The notes beneath the pieces were generated by a model. That model saw nothing but the letters and a program-made list of their open reading frames with translations, ran no database searches and was not told the origin of the DNA. Of a DNA stretch of 64,000 nt, positions 14,101 to 31,714 are shown piece by piece. This DNA is from the human T2T-CHM13v2.0 reference genome, Homo sapiens. Location of the stretch: the NCBI RefSeq assembly GCF_009914755.1, contig NC_060933.1; one strand, written 5' to 3'. How positions within the stretch are numbered: position 1 is the first letter of the stretch; each line of letters begins with the position of its first letter. The translations under genes and the position numbers were made by a program.

Positions 14101-16829
14101 ATCATATAGTAAAAATGAAGTTGGAACTGAGAATAAAAAAATGTAGGCTTCTGTTTCTAATTAAGTAGTTTTGTAAATGAGGGCAAGTCACTTCTCTAAA
14201 TGCTTAATTTCTCCTAGAAGGAAATATTGATCCCTTCATACCTCATAGGGTTAGTTTGGGGCTTGCGTTAGATAATAGATGTGAAAGTACTTTGTAAATT
14301 GTAAAGTGCTTTGCAAATAAAAATCATTACTGTTATTTGTATCTGCCATTCTTCTACATGTAAGGAAGCCATACATCATGATGTGTTCCCCCACACTTTG
14401 ATCTTTGAAGCTCAATGCTACACCACTACTCTGTGCTACTTAGCAATCCCAGACTTGAGAAGAGAAGCAAAATAAATGCTCATCCTCCTAAAATGACAGT
14501 AGCCTTGAATTCAACATAAAATTGCTTTGATTTACTTCCTTCACTTGTCATCAAACTCTCTGAAGGCAAGGGACAGTGTCTCTTATCTGTCTGGTTAATA
14601 TCTTTATCCCCACAATCTGACCTAGGACCTGGCTCAGAGCAGAAGTTTTAGTAAGTTTTATAGAATGAATAAATGACTCTGTAATTATTGCATGTAGTCA
14701 CACCAGCCTTCTCCCTTCTGTAAGGTATTATAGGGCAGTGATGTTTGAAAGGTAGTCCAGAGCCTCATAAGCAACCTTCCATTTGGTCTAGGTTATTCTA
14801 GATTTTAAATAATAAATAATATCTCTTTTTGGTATCAAGAGATTAATGTGGTAATGTGAGTCCTCTATATACTTAGATAACTTTGCTTCTGGAAACTCTG
14901 TAGCTTCGGCCCAGAGAACTTCAGGCAGTGCTTTCAAATTGCCAGTTTTTCACAGAATGGATTAGGAAATATGTAGTTGGATCACACCTTCTTGGCTCTG
15001 GATCCAGATAAAGCTCTGTAAAACTGGTCACAAGGCCAAAGGAACTATAGAAAGCCTTGATGAAAGAAACTTCCTATGTGGTTTTGCTTTTGTCTCCCTT
15101 TCAGCCTTTCCCAGTTTTCTAGCTCTGTCTTTCCTTCTTCCTTCCTTTTCTTACCACACTATTGGTCATGTATCCAGAAAGAAGTATTTCCTTGATACTG
15201 CCATAGGGTATGGAAAATTGTATTATGTAAGAGCAGTGGCTTTTAGGGAAAGTTTAAGCAATCAAGAAGCACTTATCTAGTAAGTTCTGCTGTGTGCCAG
15301 GTAGTATAACTAGCCTCAGAGAGGGATCAAAGAAGGATCATTCCTTTCTTGTAGAACTATATAGTCTTTAGGTGTTTCTTGTGGAAAAATTCTGTGATTA
15401 TCTGTCTTCCAGGAAGCCTCACTGTTCTCTGCTTTATCTGGAAGAATGTACCAAGGCTTCCTGGTGGGCCACCCCCACAGCACTGTTTTTTGTGGGGTAC
15501 AATCATATGATGCTGGTGTATAAAATCATGTCACTTTATTAGTTTAAGAAGTAGATGCTGGTAATTGAGAGCAGTCTTCTCTATTAGCAGATATTTATGG
15601 GAAGCCAAACTGTATTCAGAAGCTTGCTTGATGGGAATGGAATCTCAGAACATGGTTCTGTAATGTGAACATTATTGAGATCATAGTAAAAGGTGAAATC
15701 ATCCCTGCTTCCATTATTGGCTAACCTACCTTCTCATTGACATATTACGGTATTTCTTTAGTTCAATTAACTTCTGTTACTTGTCTTTTAGTCAGATTCT
15801 TTGCAAGTCTTAGTAGTCTGCAAGCCTGCAACTCATTCTTTCTCTTTAAGGTGCTTTTTATATCCCCAGCCCTATCTTTTATCATAAAACATACTAGTTT
15901 TATGATTTTTTTATTATTCAAAACACATCTTTGTTTTTTACGTTAGTTTGAGGGAGCCGCTCATCTTAGTTTTCATGTAGTTCCTAGTTAGAAAAGCAAA
16001 ATACATGAAACTACCTATAAAAATTAATAGCATCAGATAATTAGGGATGTGATATTAATGTCAGATAATGTCTAGCAAAGGAGGCAGGGAGAGGCAGATG
16101 AGTTGGAAAGGACCTTAGGAATCATTTGGTCTGATTCTGTTATTTTGCAGAGGAGAAACCAGCCCAGTGGCCACTGGGTTATCTATTTATGGTAATACCC
16201 AGACTTCATGCTTCCTAATCCGTTGCTCTTTTGTAGTATATCATATTGCTTTTGCAGAGGAGTTGGAATTTGACTTGACTCAGCCATGCCATGGGGTGGG
16301 CACATGTGTATGTGTGTAATTCTAAGGGTAAGAAGTATGAGCAATAATATAAATGTTAATTGAGACTCTTTATGTTTCAGGAGAATTTTATAAACTTTAT
16401 GTTAATACTTCCAACACTGTAAGAGCTAGTGACTGTTATTAACCCCATTATACAGATGAAACAGATTTTGAGGTGCCAGAGTCAGACAGCTTATAAGTGG
16501 AAGATCTGGGATTCAAATCTAGGACTTCTGACTCCAAAGCCTATGTTCTTGCCTTAATTTTTTCTTATATTCTACATTTAATTTTCACAGCAACCTATCA
16601 GGTAGTTATTTTGAATTTTCCTATTTTATAGGTGAGGAAACATAGGCTTAGAGAGGTTAAGAAGCTTCTAAGGTTACATACATAGTAAGTGTTATGATTC
16701 AAATCCAATTCTTTGACTCTAAAGCTTGTGTTCTGTACCATTATGTAAGCCTAGGCTTTAGAAACATGACAGACCTCCTGCTAAATGTAGCAGATTGAAT
16801 ATGCATATTTCTGTTAACTCCACTATAAA

Positions 16830-19442
<2,613 letters not shown>

Positions 19443-19866
19443 AGGTGTATTATTTTCTATGAAAAGTGTAGACCACATTTAGGAAAAGAGATGTATTTTA
19501 ACAGAAGTAAAGGGAAATCGGGAAGGAGGCCCAGGTATAGAACATTACTGAAATAGTAAATGGGGGCATAATAGCACTATTTTACCTATGGTTCTTTACA
19601 AAGCCATTTCCTATTAATTGTCTCATTTAATCCCCCTAGAAGTATAGGCAAAGTTAATATTGTCCCTCTTTTCCAATTATGGGAATGGAGTTTTGGGTCT
19701 GTAAGACCTTTTTGGTTTCCAGTCTGCTGTATCACTACGCCTCCATAGGTGTCTGTTTGGAACTTTTCAGATTTTGTAATTTTGTTTTTTACCAAGAGAA
19801 GACAGAAGGTGCTGGAATGCATCCTTCTTTGACATCGTGGGAAGGAATATAGGAAAACACACGTAC

Positions 19867-19902
<36 letters not shown>

Positions 19903-19915
19903 ATATGAGTATGTG
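19867..19915 (+). repeat. (GT)n/(GTAT)n microsatellite
   Basis: Seen directly in the sequence. Confidence 0.9.
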
Positions 19916-21674
19916 TGCTGGTACATGAGTATAATACAAGACATGGTATTGTGAAATGATGAGAGGAATGCAAAATGCTATGTAGTGTTCAAAGGCAAGG
20001 AGGTGCCTGTTAAATAGATTTCCTTAGAAGGCAGTGTGAGAGATGGGCTAGGCTCAGGGTGGAGTAGAATTCCTATAGTCTGATTCCTCTCCTCACCCCA
20101 GACCCCCTCCTTGAATGAGATTTCGTAAAGTATCCAGCTGGACAGAATTAAAGGAACCCAAAGGATCAACAGACTAAAGACTGTAATGAAGTGATCTACA
20201 ATTTAACAAACAATATATGACATGAGAAAGCCCTTTGCAAATTAAAAAACCTATCTTTACAAGAAATTATTATGATTGTAGTTACTTAATGAAAGATTTG
20301 TTGGCTTGTTACAAAACGACTGAATTAGCTTTGAGCAAAATATAAAAGTAATCATATTTTCAAAGTAAAGTTTTAAATTCTGTCTATCAGCTTTCAGCAA
20401 ATACTTACTGAGTTGAATTGTTAAGGCAATATTTTGGGGAGAAAGACAAAAGTTATAGCATTTAAATAGCATTATTTATTTTGAAAATTTCTTCCAGAAA
20501 AACGGAGGAAACCTCAACTGCCAAAGCCATTTATTTTTAGCTAGACGAAAAAATAAAGTTTAAGAAGGCCATTTGTGGGTCTCTTGTCTTTATTGCCTCT
20601 GGGGAACTGAATCAGACTAAAGCCTTTTTTCATTTATAAAAGTTCCCCTTCTTCGTGGTATGTATTCGTAGGAATCTAAGTCATTCCTACTTAAGTTTTG
20701 TTAACATTATATATCATTAACATCATTTTATAATACTGAGGATGTGTATTGTAGCCTATAGAACACTGGAAATAAAGTTAAAACAAAATGTAGATCCTAG
20801 TTCTGGCAGTTAATTAGGTAATCTTAATCTGTCTGAATGTTAGAAGGATCTTCATCTTTGAATGAAGATGACAGCAGTATTATAGGAGTTGGTTTAAGAT
20901 CAGTTGCATATTATGTTAATAGTAAGGCTTTTAAAGTTGTCACTGTGATTACTTCGTACTCTTGGATCATTTTTTTCCTCTGAGATAAAGAGGAAGGTAG
21001 TGAAAAGAGCATGGATTTTTGGAGTCTTTGGCCCTTGGTTTTCTACTCTGCAAAATGGGATAATACTACCTCATTAGAATTATTGTGAAAATTAGGTACT
21101 ATCACATCTAAAGTATGTAAAATTGTACTTGGGGGCATTGTAGGAACTCAGTAAAAGATTTCAGCTATTATTTCTTTGCCACACAGAGGTCAGATTCTTC
21201 CAATGACTTCCAGGTCCTGCAAATTGGCACATACCATCAGAGGAAAGGCCTTGGGTGAATGTGGAGTGGCCTGGTGTGCTTCCTTCTCTCAGGGATGGTA
21301 AATCCCTTAAGTACTGCCTTGATAGTTAGCTCCAGTTCTTCAACTGATGTTTTATGTATTTTGTCCTGCTTTTGTAATACATTTTGCAGTAGGGTTAGTC
21401 CTATACAAATCTCGGACATTAGGATACACATACAATACTTGGATGTACTTCATCAAGGGAATAATAAGTCATTGGGGTTTACGGTAAGAATTTTAAATAC
21501 TTCAGGAGGTGGAAAGGAAATTTGAGGCTGAAGCGGTAAAGAGGGGTCACTTTAACCAAACTTTAAAAATGAGTTGGTCTTATGCAGAAAATACAATTTT
21601 GGCAGCTCCTATTTTAAGCTTAAAAGGCCTGATGAAGGGGGGCTGTTTATATACTTAAGGAATAAGGAGACTGT

Positions 21675-21912
21675 GTAATGTGTAGTGGCCAAAAGTATGT
21701 GCTTGAGAGGCAGACAGACCTGGGTTTGAATCCTAGCCCTGCCACTTACTAGCTGTGAGACCTGGGGCAAAGTACATAATCGTTCTAAGTCTCAGTTGTC
21801 TTAACTAATGACACTGTCTCATGTGAGTATTGTAAAGATTAAATGAGCTAATGCATGTAAAGCTCTTAGCGTAGTGCTTGGCATGCAGTAAGCACTCAGT
21901 ACATGTTAGCTG
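21675..21912 (+). mobile_element. MIR SINE (best-preserved of several MIRs; others near 3985-4205, 7445-7640, 16430-16745, 59925-60190)
   Basis: cagacctgggtttgaatcctagccctgccacttactagctgtg...gattaaatgagctaatgcatgtaaagc MIR core. Confidence 0.85.
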
Positions 21913-23155
21913 GTACAGCTGTCTTGTGAATAGGGTAGTATGGATGAAGCAGAAGTTTTAAGTTGAGATATAAGGGAGAATAAATTCAGAAAGATAAACT
22001 AGTGATAGCTGGTCTGGAATACATGGCTAAGGGATTTAATTCTATTTAGGAATTGGAGGTAGACTTAAGACTTCTGAGAAAATGAATGACATAAATATAG
22101 AATCCTTAAGTGACAGAGCTTAGAAGATCCCTTAGCAGACATAATCTGGACTCCTACTTTCACAAACAGGGAAAGAGAGACCCAGAATAGTGACAGAGTT
22201 AATTATTTGCAGAACTAGGACTAGAATCCAGGTATTAAACCTCCTTTAGACTCAGTCATTCCACTAGAATAAGTCCAAAGGGTTATTCAACATTTGTCAA
22301 GTGCTTAGAAAATAGGAGTTTTCAGCAGGTTTGGAAAAAAAGGAAACAACTGTTCAGAGTTTGGTTTGTGTTAAGTAAAATCAAAGAATTGTCTTTCCAT
22401 TGGTACTTTCAGCCAAACGAGTTAAGATTTTCTTTCAGTACTAATCAAAATGTTCTCTTGATCACTAGTAACAACCTCAGAAATGTTTGTTCGAGGAGGT
22501 AAAAAATAAATGGGTATTTCTAGAATTCTTTCATTGGTATTTATAATTGTACTGCTAGTGAGTTTGAAGGGTAAAGTTTTTGCTTAAATAAAATGGAAGA
22601 TCATAAGTTGTCTAGTAACTTTTAAAGTAGCTGTTTTCCAAGAATTTTAAATATGAAAATATAAAAAGTTTAATTCTAGGAGAGTCCTTTAAGGCATTAC
22701 TACATAGATACTAATATACTTTGCTTGGGATTATTTCCTATGTGCTGATAAGTTTTAAGTTTTTTAGTTAATAGAAAAAGATCTGGTTTACTTATAGCTT
22801 TATACTTCTAAAATAAGATAGCTTTTAAGTATTGTTTTTTGATACTTATTAAGATTCTTCCATAGAAAAATTAAAATCTTCAATATGATTTTTCTTATAT
22901 GTTGAGCTCAAGAAAATATTTTTGCCTAAAAGCTTTATAAAAATTCAAAATTAAAATAAAGGTTGAAACCTCAGAATATATACCTGTAGCCTTTGAATAT
23001 GGGTGTGAATGCAGACCTCTTACGGAATTCTTAATGCAGTGCAGCAGTTCACTGATGGAGCTGTTACATGACTGGTATCATTCAAACACAGATTTTCATT
23101 TAATATTTGTTAATTGTTATAAGAGCAAAAATATCTAGCCATTTTACAGCTGCTG

Positions 23156-23157
<2 letters not shown>

Positions 23158-23195
<38 letters not shown>

Positions 23196-23477
23196 AGACG
23201 GAGTCTTGCTCTTGCTGCCCAGGCTGGAGTGCAATGGCGCGATCTCGGCCCACTGCGAACCTCCGCCTCCCAGGTTCAAGCGATTCTCCTGCCTTAGCCT
23301 CCTGAGAAGCCGGGATTACAGGTGTGCATCACCACGCCCAGCTAATTTTGTATTTTTAGTAGAGATGGGGTTTCACCATGTTGGCCAGGCTGGTCTCGAA
23401 CTCCTGACCTCAGGTGATCCGTCCATCTTGGCCTCCCAAAGTGTTAGGATTACAGGCGTGAGCCATCATGCCCAATC
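23158..23477 (-). mobile_element. Alu (AluSx-like) with long polyT
   Basis: Antisense dimeric Alu. Confidence 0.95.
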
Positions 23478-26453
23478 AACTGCTGTATATTTTTGCTACT
23501 CAATAGACACATTTAAATCTCTGATTTGTGACTTATTTCAGAAGAGAAGCTAACTTTGTAAAGTAAAACTGAGTATTTGTTAGCATTTTGAAGCATTTAT
23601 AAGCATTTTCTTGGAAATAATCCATTGATTCGATTATTTAAAAATATAACTTGAGCAATATGAGACTTGGTCCTCTGTGTGTCTGTGTGTTGCATGTTAT
23701 TAGTAGGTGATTTTGAGAAGATTTTATCCATAGCATACAACGCTTTACAAAATCTTTAAACAAATAGTACAAGTCAAACAATACAGTACGTATTAAGCTG
23801 TACTAAGAGAGCATTTGATATGCAGTTTACTTGGTAATAATACAATGAAATAAGTATTTGGAAGTTCATCACAGTTATCAGAAACATTTGTTTGGAATAT
23901 GACTTTGCATATAATAATTTTATGTCTTAGTTCACCCATAAATTACCTTCCCCCTTTGACTATCACCACCTCTTAAATCAAAATGATATTTTGTGTGTTC
24001 ACTTTTGTCAGGTAACAGTACTTGAGTATTTCCTGCTTCTTGGGCCTCTCCATGATGGATTGCTGTGAAGGAGAATCAACAATAGCAAACCAGGAAAAGG
24101 TTGACAGTGCAGTTAGCATTTATGTCTTATTTATACATGATTTGGGACCGTTTTGCCAAACATTGAATAATTTTCCTGTGGGAAACTTGAGCCCTAAAAG
24201 GAAATGAACATAGCTAAAAGGCTGCATATCACATGGGACTTAGATTTATTTTTAGAATGGCACTATAATGCCATATTTGGATTGAAACAATGTGATAGCA
24301 GTAAAATATTTCATTAAATAAAGAGCCATCTTTTCTGAGGAAGTCATCTGCTTTTCTATTTCAACGTGTGGTATAGATTGAACATAATACTTATATAATC
24401 ATTCAGCTAATATAATTCTAAAGTATATGTTAAAGGAGCTTATTTGGCAAACATTTCTAGAGCCAGCTTATTGAGTCTGGTGTAGTAAAGGTTCTGTGAC
24501 AGTTCAATGATTACAGCATATGGTGTTTTTTGTTGTTGTTGTTGTTGTTGTTTTGTGTGTTTGGAGTAAGTTGTTTGGAGGGGAAAAGAGTAAAGGGAGT
24601 AGAGTCATTTGGAATGTTTATATTATTTTTCTTGAAATGGATGAACTCCTTACTAAATTAGACAACGATAATAGAGAAACCTAGATGGATTTTTGCTTCT
24701 GAGAAATGATTTTGGAAGAAAAAAGATAATCAGCAAAGGTATTTAATATTGAGCTCTACAGTGTTTTCATTAGTATGGTTCATAGGCTAAAAAACAAAAT
24801 ACTCTTATTGTATCACTTATGTTTCAAGTATCAGTTTTTCTGCCACCTGATTTCTTTATAATTTCATTTGGTTTAAATGTGATGTTCATAACATTCAGGA
24901 GATTTCTGAACTGTATACTGTCTAATTGCAGATCCCCGACAGGGCACTAAGTCCCAAACAGGAAAACTTGCCAAATACAGATTTTGTCCCTTGGCTTCTC
25001 TCCCAAGGTGGGAAATATGCCAGCATCATAAATCTCAAGTCTGTTGAGAAAGAGCTACCGCTGATATACCAGGCCTTAAGCCACCAGCTTTCCATGCAGT
25101 ATTTCATTTGCTTCTCATAAACTGTGAGGCAGGGACCATTGCATAGATTTTATAGATAGGTTTGTTAAGGTTCAGATTAGTTAAATGACTTGCCCAAGGT
25201 CACACAAATTAGTAAGTGGGAGAGGCAGTACCCAGAGACAGAACAGCCTGGCCCTAGACTTTGTGTTCTGTTGGTTGCATTGTGATCTAAGTAGAGCACC
25301 TAAAGTCCATCGTCTGCATTCTTTGTCAAAAGTCCAACTCCAGTCTCCACACAATTATGACCAGATTCTGAAATGCCTTTAGTTACCTCCATGTTCATGG
25401 GTATCTAATTCCAGTCTGCTCTGTGTGATGTGTTGGAGCTTTGGAGTAGAAATTTTAAAGCATTAATTACTGAATACCTAAACAATATGTCATGTATTTA
25501 AATGTATAGAGATCAGTTTACTATTTCTTTTTGGTCCAGGTTTTGAATTGTTATTGTTAATCAGTGGCAGTTTTACTGCAAGTATGGTTTTTGCCTTCAA
25601 GAGCAAATCACCAGGGTAAATACACAAAGCAATATCTACACACAAATCCAACTTCCACTAAAATCCCTGCTGTTGCACTGGTGTGGAAGAACAGCATCAC
25701 AGCACAGAGAGGTCCCATGGTTCCTAGTTGAAAATACTGACTTAAAGGGCAGTGTTGCTAGTCATGTAGGGACAAGTAAAAATGTGTTTGTTTTATATAA
25801 TTACATTCTTCAGAGCTAAATTAAGATGAAGATGTTTTTGTATTGTCAGTGTTAAGTGAGCCCACCAATCGATACCTATTTCTATAATTCTTACTGATTT
25901 GACTATGTAATTGACTTTGAGAGGCTTTAATTTGTTTGATACAAATATACTATAATTCCTATTACTGATATACAGGCTATGAGGTCCTGTATTATGTAAG
26001 ATTGAGCTGCAGATTTGATTCCGAGCCTCCTGAAGGCCGAAGCAAAAATGAACATTGGATCATTTCCATGGGGAAAAATATGTATAATTTTTTAGGAGAA
26101 ACTGTTTTTTGATGGGGACACTGAGTAAAGTGGTAGATGTCCTCACCACCATGAAATACAAAGTTTCAATAGCAGGGTTTTTTTTGTTTGTTTGTTTTCT
26201 TTTTTTTGACAGGGTCTTAGAACATGCTAATACCACAACTTAGTGAAGGTAGTTATGTGAAAGGCCAGGATATTGTGATCTAAAAATATATCTATCTGGT
26301 GGTCAGCCTTGAAGAAAAAAACTCAGAACATTGAAAAGAATACTCAATTTTTTTTTTTTTTTTAGGATCTGAAATGGTTAAGATACATGCCCCCAGCATT
26401 CAGCGACTGTGCCTTTTCTTTGAGGAGCCACATGTTGTGATTTTATTCACCTT

Positions 26454-26783
<330 letters not shown>

Positions 26784-26980
26784 TCACCTTGGTTTTATGT
26801 TTAAGAGTGTCATATATTTCTCTGGCTACATGTTACTAGGGCCTTTAGTTATTTCTGTTTTTCATAAACACTGAGCAGCCTTCATACAAGCAAGCATGTT
26901 CAAATGAGTAAAAAGGAAAGCTTATTTTCAAAGTCTGTGTCATACCAATTTTAGTTATAAGAGTCTAGAAGAGAAAAGCT

Positions 26981-27341
26981 ATTTTATTTTATTTTATTTT
27001 ATTTTATTTTATTTTATTTTATTTTATTTTATTATTATCTTTTTATGAGACGGAGCCTTGCTCTGTCATCCAGGATGGAGTGCAGTGGCGCAGTCTTGGC
27101 TCACTGCAAGCTCCGCCTCCTGGGTTCATGCCATTCTCCTGCCTCAGCCTCCTGAGTAGCTGGGACTACAGGCACCTGCCACCACGCCCGGCTAATTTTT
27201 TTTTTTTTTTTTTTTGTATTATTCGTAGGGACGGAGTTTCACCGTATTAGCCAGAATGGTCTCGATCTCCTCACCTTGTGATCTGCCCATGTCGACCTCC
27301 CAAAGTACTGGGATTACAGGCGTGAGCCACCACACCCAGCC
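26981..27341 (-). mobile_element. AluY with (ATTTT)n tail
   Basis: Antisense AluY diagnostics; pentamer-repeat tail ~26981-27032. Confidence 0.93.
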
Positions 27342-27884
27342 ACAAGAAAAGCATTTTAAAAAATATATTAGAAATTATAACTCCAACTCAATACTGATAA
27401 GAGAATATTTTCACTTTTACAATATGTTCATTTGGATTAAGAAGGTGAGCTAGGAAGCCAGACCAGCTGGGTTCCAGACCTAGCTTCCCACTTTCTAGCC
27501 AAGTGATTTAACATTTTTCCTCATTTGTCAAGTGGGGGAGATAATAGAACCCACCTCAAAAGGTTGTTAAGATAGACCTACATGTTGTTACTTAAATAAT
27601 TATTTTTAGGTCTGTGAAAGTACAGCTGGCAATAGAAAATTTCTTTTAGATCTTTTAGATAAGTGGCTCTGAACCTTATTATGTGTCATACATCCTTTTG
27701 AGAATTAATTTATTCAGTAAGTTTTTATCGGGTGCCTACTTTGTGTCAGATACTCTTCTCTGGGCTTAGAGATATACGTGAACAAAACAGAAATCTCTGT
27801 CTTCATGAAGCTTAACATTCTAGTGAATATGTTTAAAACCCTGAGCACTCGTCTGAGAAAAATGTGCACAAAACTTTGCATACA

Positions 27885-28248
<364 letters not shown>

Positions 28249-30429
28249 TTATTAAATCTCAGGCTAAGAATACTATACACACCTTCATTTTATTTTGTCA
28301 TAATTCTTGTGAGGCATTCCTTAGATGGGTTCAGTATTTAATTTTAAAAGACAAAGCTATTAAGAGAAAACATAATGTTACTGGGTTTTTTTTGTCACTT
28401 TTCTTGGCTCTATCAAATTAGAAGTGCTTGAGATGTGACATGACCAATTGAAATAACATTTCCAGATTTTGCAGACTTTTGTAGGACCATCTTGGTTTTA
28501 CCCAGACATAAGACATCTGTTTTCATAGGCTTAACAGTCTTATTCTCATTCTTTATTTTGCTCAGTTCTACTTCCAAACATATGAAATGAAATGACAAAT
28601 GACATGAGTGCTATGTAATTAGGAGAGAATTATTTTACCTCAGAGAGATTTTTCATCCTCATTTATTTTATATTAAGCATAGCACACTTTCAATTTCATT
28701 TTCCTTCTTTTGAATTTTTATCCCATCTGTTTAGGGGATTTTAAAAACTTAGTCTTTAAAATGACTTCTGATAAGCAGTAGCTGACTTTTTTAAAAGAAA
28801 ATGTAACCAAAAATTGTTACTTTATTCCTGTGAAGTATATTGTAAAGATAGGACATGGTATAATGTATTGGAGTGGGTTTTGGTGGTGTTTTTGTTTTAT
28901 TCTGTTTTCTTAACTGTTACATGATGGCATTTAATAAAGCATCTGTAACATTCTGGATTAATCTTAAGAAGAACTAACTTTTTCTTTGGGCAACAAGCTA
29001 CTCTGGAAATAATAATTTTCCCTATGTTGGTTATTTCTCATGGCAGCCTTCCACTGCATTTTCTTTGTTTGGGTACTTTCTTTTCTTCCTGCCGTTCTTA
29101 GCTTTCTATTTTTCAACTTGAGTTTACAAAAGGATGTGTATTCAAAGGGTTTCCTACAGTTCCCAGTACCTTGTTAATCCTGAGAAATTACCCAGTGAGC
29201 CAATTCTCACAGTAAGGTATAAAAATAGTCATCCAGAAAGATTACAGAATGTGGTACCACTGTGGTTTTAACTAATGGAAGACTTTTAAAACCAAGATGG
29301 GGAGAAGAAAACAGCACAAATGTTACTATTTCCTTCGATTTTTATCTGCACAATCTATTTTAGGAGAGCCTTCAAATTTAAAAAAGTAATAGAGCTTCAC
29401 CACTGCTTTATTGGATACACTCAAAGATCATCATAATTGGGGACAAGAAAGAAATCACCTGCAAATAAATCACAAGAACAGAGCCTACCTGTGATTACTA
29501 TTGAGCATATATCCACAATGTTCATTTAACCAATTTTATTCCACAAATTTAGTCCAGCATTTTATTGAGTGCTTTAATAAGTTCTGGTGTGTGAAGTTGG
29601 GTGGCTTAACTTCTCTAAGTCTGAATTTCCATATTGTAGAATAAGGAAGTAATTAACCTTTTTTTATTTTAATAAACTTTATTTTCAAGAACAGTTTTAG
29701 ATTTACAGAAATACTGTAAAAATAGTACAAAGAATTCCTGTATACTCTGTTATTAACTCTATTATTATTACCTTGTATTATTATGGTACATTTATTATAA
29801 TTAATAACTCAATATTGAGATGTTGTTAACTAAATCCCAAACTTTATTTACATTTCTTTAGTTTTTATCTAATATCCTTTTTCTGCTCCAGGATTCCCTC
29901 CAGGTGAGTGCACTACATTTAGTCCTCATGTTTCCTTAGGTTCCTGTTGACTGTAACAGTTTCTTAGGCTTGCATTGTTTTGGATGACTTTGACAGTTTT
30001 AAGGAATACTGCTCAGATATTTTGTAGAATATCCCTCAAGTGAAATTTGTCTGATTTTTTTTTCATGAAGTCATGAATTTTGAGGAGGAAGAACACAGAG
30101 GTAAAGTGCCATTTTTATGACATTAATGGTACATGCTGTCAGCGTGACATCAGTGTTGACCTCAATTATCTGGCCAAGGTCATCTTTGTCAGTTTTCTCC
30201 ACCATAAAGTTTCTTTTCTCCACCATGTCATACTGTACTGTACTCTTCTGAAGGAAGTCACTGTGCACAGCCCACACTTAAGGAGTGGGGAGTTTTGCTC
30301 CCCTTCCTTGAAGGTGAGGTATCTACATAAATTATTTGGGATTCTTCTGCATGGAGGATTTGTCTCTTCTCCTCCATTTATTTATTCAATCATTTATTTA
30401 TGTAAGTATGGACTCCTGGATATTTCTTT

Positions 30430-30768
30430 TATTGATTGATTGACTGAAAGTAGGGTCTTGTTCTGTCACAGAGGCTGGAATGCAATGGCACGATCACAGC
30501 TCACTGCAGCTTTGACCCCCCAGGCTCAAGCAGTCCTCCCACCTCAGCCCCCTGAGTAGCTGGGACTACAAGTGCTGCCATGCCTAGTTAATTTTTTTGT
30601 GTTTTTTGTTTGCTTGTTTTGTTGAGGTTTTATTTATTTATTTATTTTTGTAGAGATGGCATTTCACCGTGTTGCCCAGGCTGGTCTTGAACTCCTTGGT
30701 TCACGCAGTCCTCCTGCCTTGGCTTCCTAAAGTGCTGGAATTACAGGTGTGAGCCATCATGCCCAGCC
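30430..30768 (-). mobile_element. AluJ
   Basis: Antisense Alu with J-type motifs (ggctcaagcagtcctcccacc). Confidence 0.9.
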
Positions 30769-30775
30769 AGATATT

Positions 30776-31087
30776 TCTTCTTCTTTTTTTTTTTTTTTTT
30801 TTTGAGATGGAGTTTAGCTCTTGTCGCCCAGGCTGGAGTGCAGTGGTGTGATCTTGGCTCACTGCAACTTGCGCCTCCTGGGTTCAAGTGATTCTTCTGC
30901 CTCAGCCTCCTGAGTAGCTGGGATTACAGGCTCCTGCCATCACGCCTGGCTAATTTTTGTATTTTTAGTAGAGACAGGGTTTTGCCATGTTGGCCAGGCT
31001 GGTCTCGAACTCCTGACCTCAGGTGATCCGACCACCTTTGGCCTCCCAGAGTGCTGGGAGTACAGGCGTGAGCCACCGTGCCTGGCC
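30776..31087 (-). mobile_element. Alu (AluS-like), tandem to the preceding AluJ
   Basis: Antisense dimeric Alu. Confidence 0.93.
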
Positions 31088-31714
31088 ATTTATTTTATAC
31101 TTATATAACCCAGTTTATTTTGTTGCTCAAATTGCTCCAGCTTTGACCATCGGGAACTCTTTCACTTGGCTCCCACGTCCCTTTGGCATACCCCTATCAA
31201 TGTAGGTTTGTTTTCTTTGTGGTGTGGGTGAAGGGAGACTATTTCCTATTTTTGGCCAATACAAGATGTTCCAGGCTATCTGCCCTGGTCCTAGAATCAG
31301 CCAGCCATTTCTCCAAGGAGGGTTGGTTCCTTTTGTTAGTAAATGGTATTAGATACCAAAATATAGATGCTAGGTGTGCTCCTTGCTACTGGATGTTTTT
31401 GCTTCTAGGCCCTGTCAACTGATAGAGCAAGCAAATATATGTATGGTAATATCTTTTTAAATGTTGACAGCAAATCATGTATTGCAGTTAGAATAGGATG
31501 GAGTCAATAAACTTTATGTGCAATTTTTTGCAACTTTAGATTCCATTCTTATAGACTAGAAGGAGCATAGGACAAGTATACAAATGACTATTCAGAAACA
31601 GAGTAATTGCTGTAAGAGTGGTATCAATGTGGTTTGTAAGTTGGTACAACTTTTCTGGAGGACAAATTGGCAGGGCCACTCAAAATCCAAAAACAAGGAT
31701 TATGCTGTTTCTTT

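Larger units (their letters stand above)
29660..31440 (-). mobile_element. L1MC-type 3' end, interrupted by two Alus
   Basis: ttttagatttacagaaa...aatagtacaaagaattcc and gatgactttgacagttttaaggaatactgctcagatattttgtagaat resemble an antisense L1MC 3'UTR. Confidence 0.6.
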
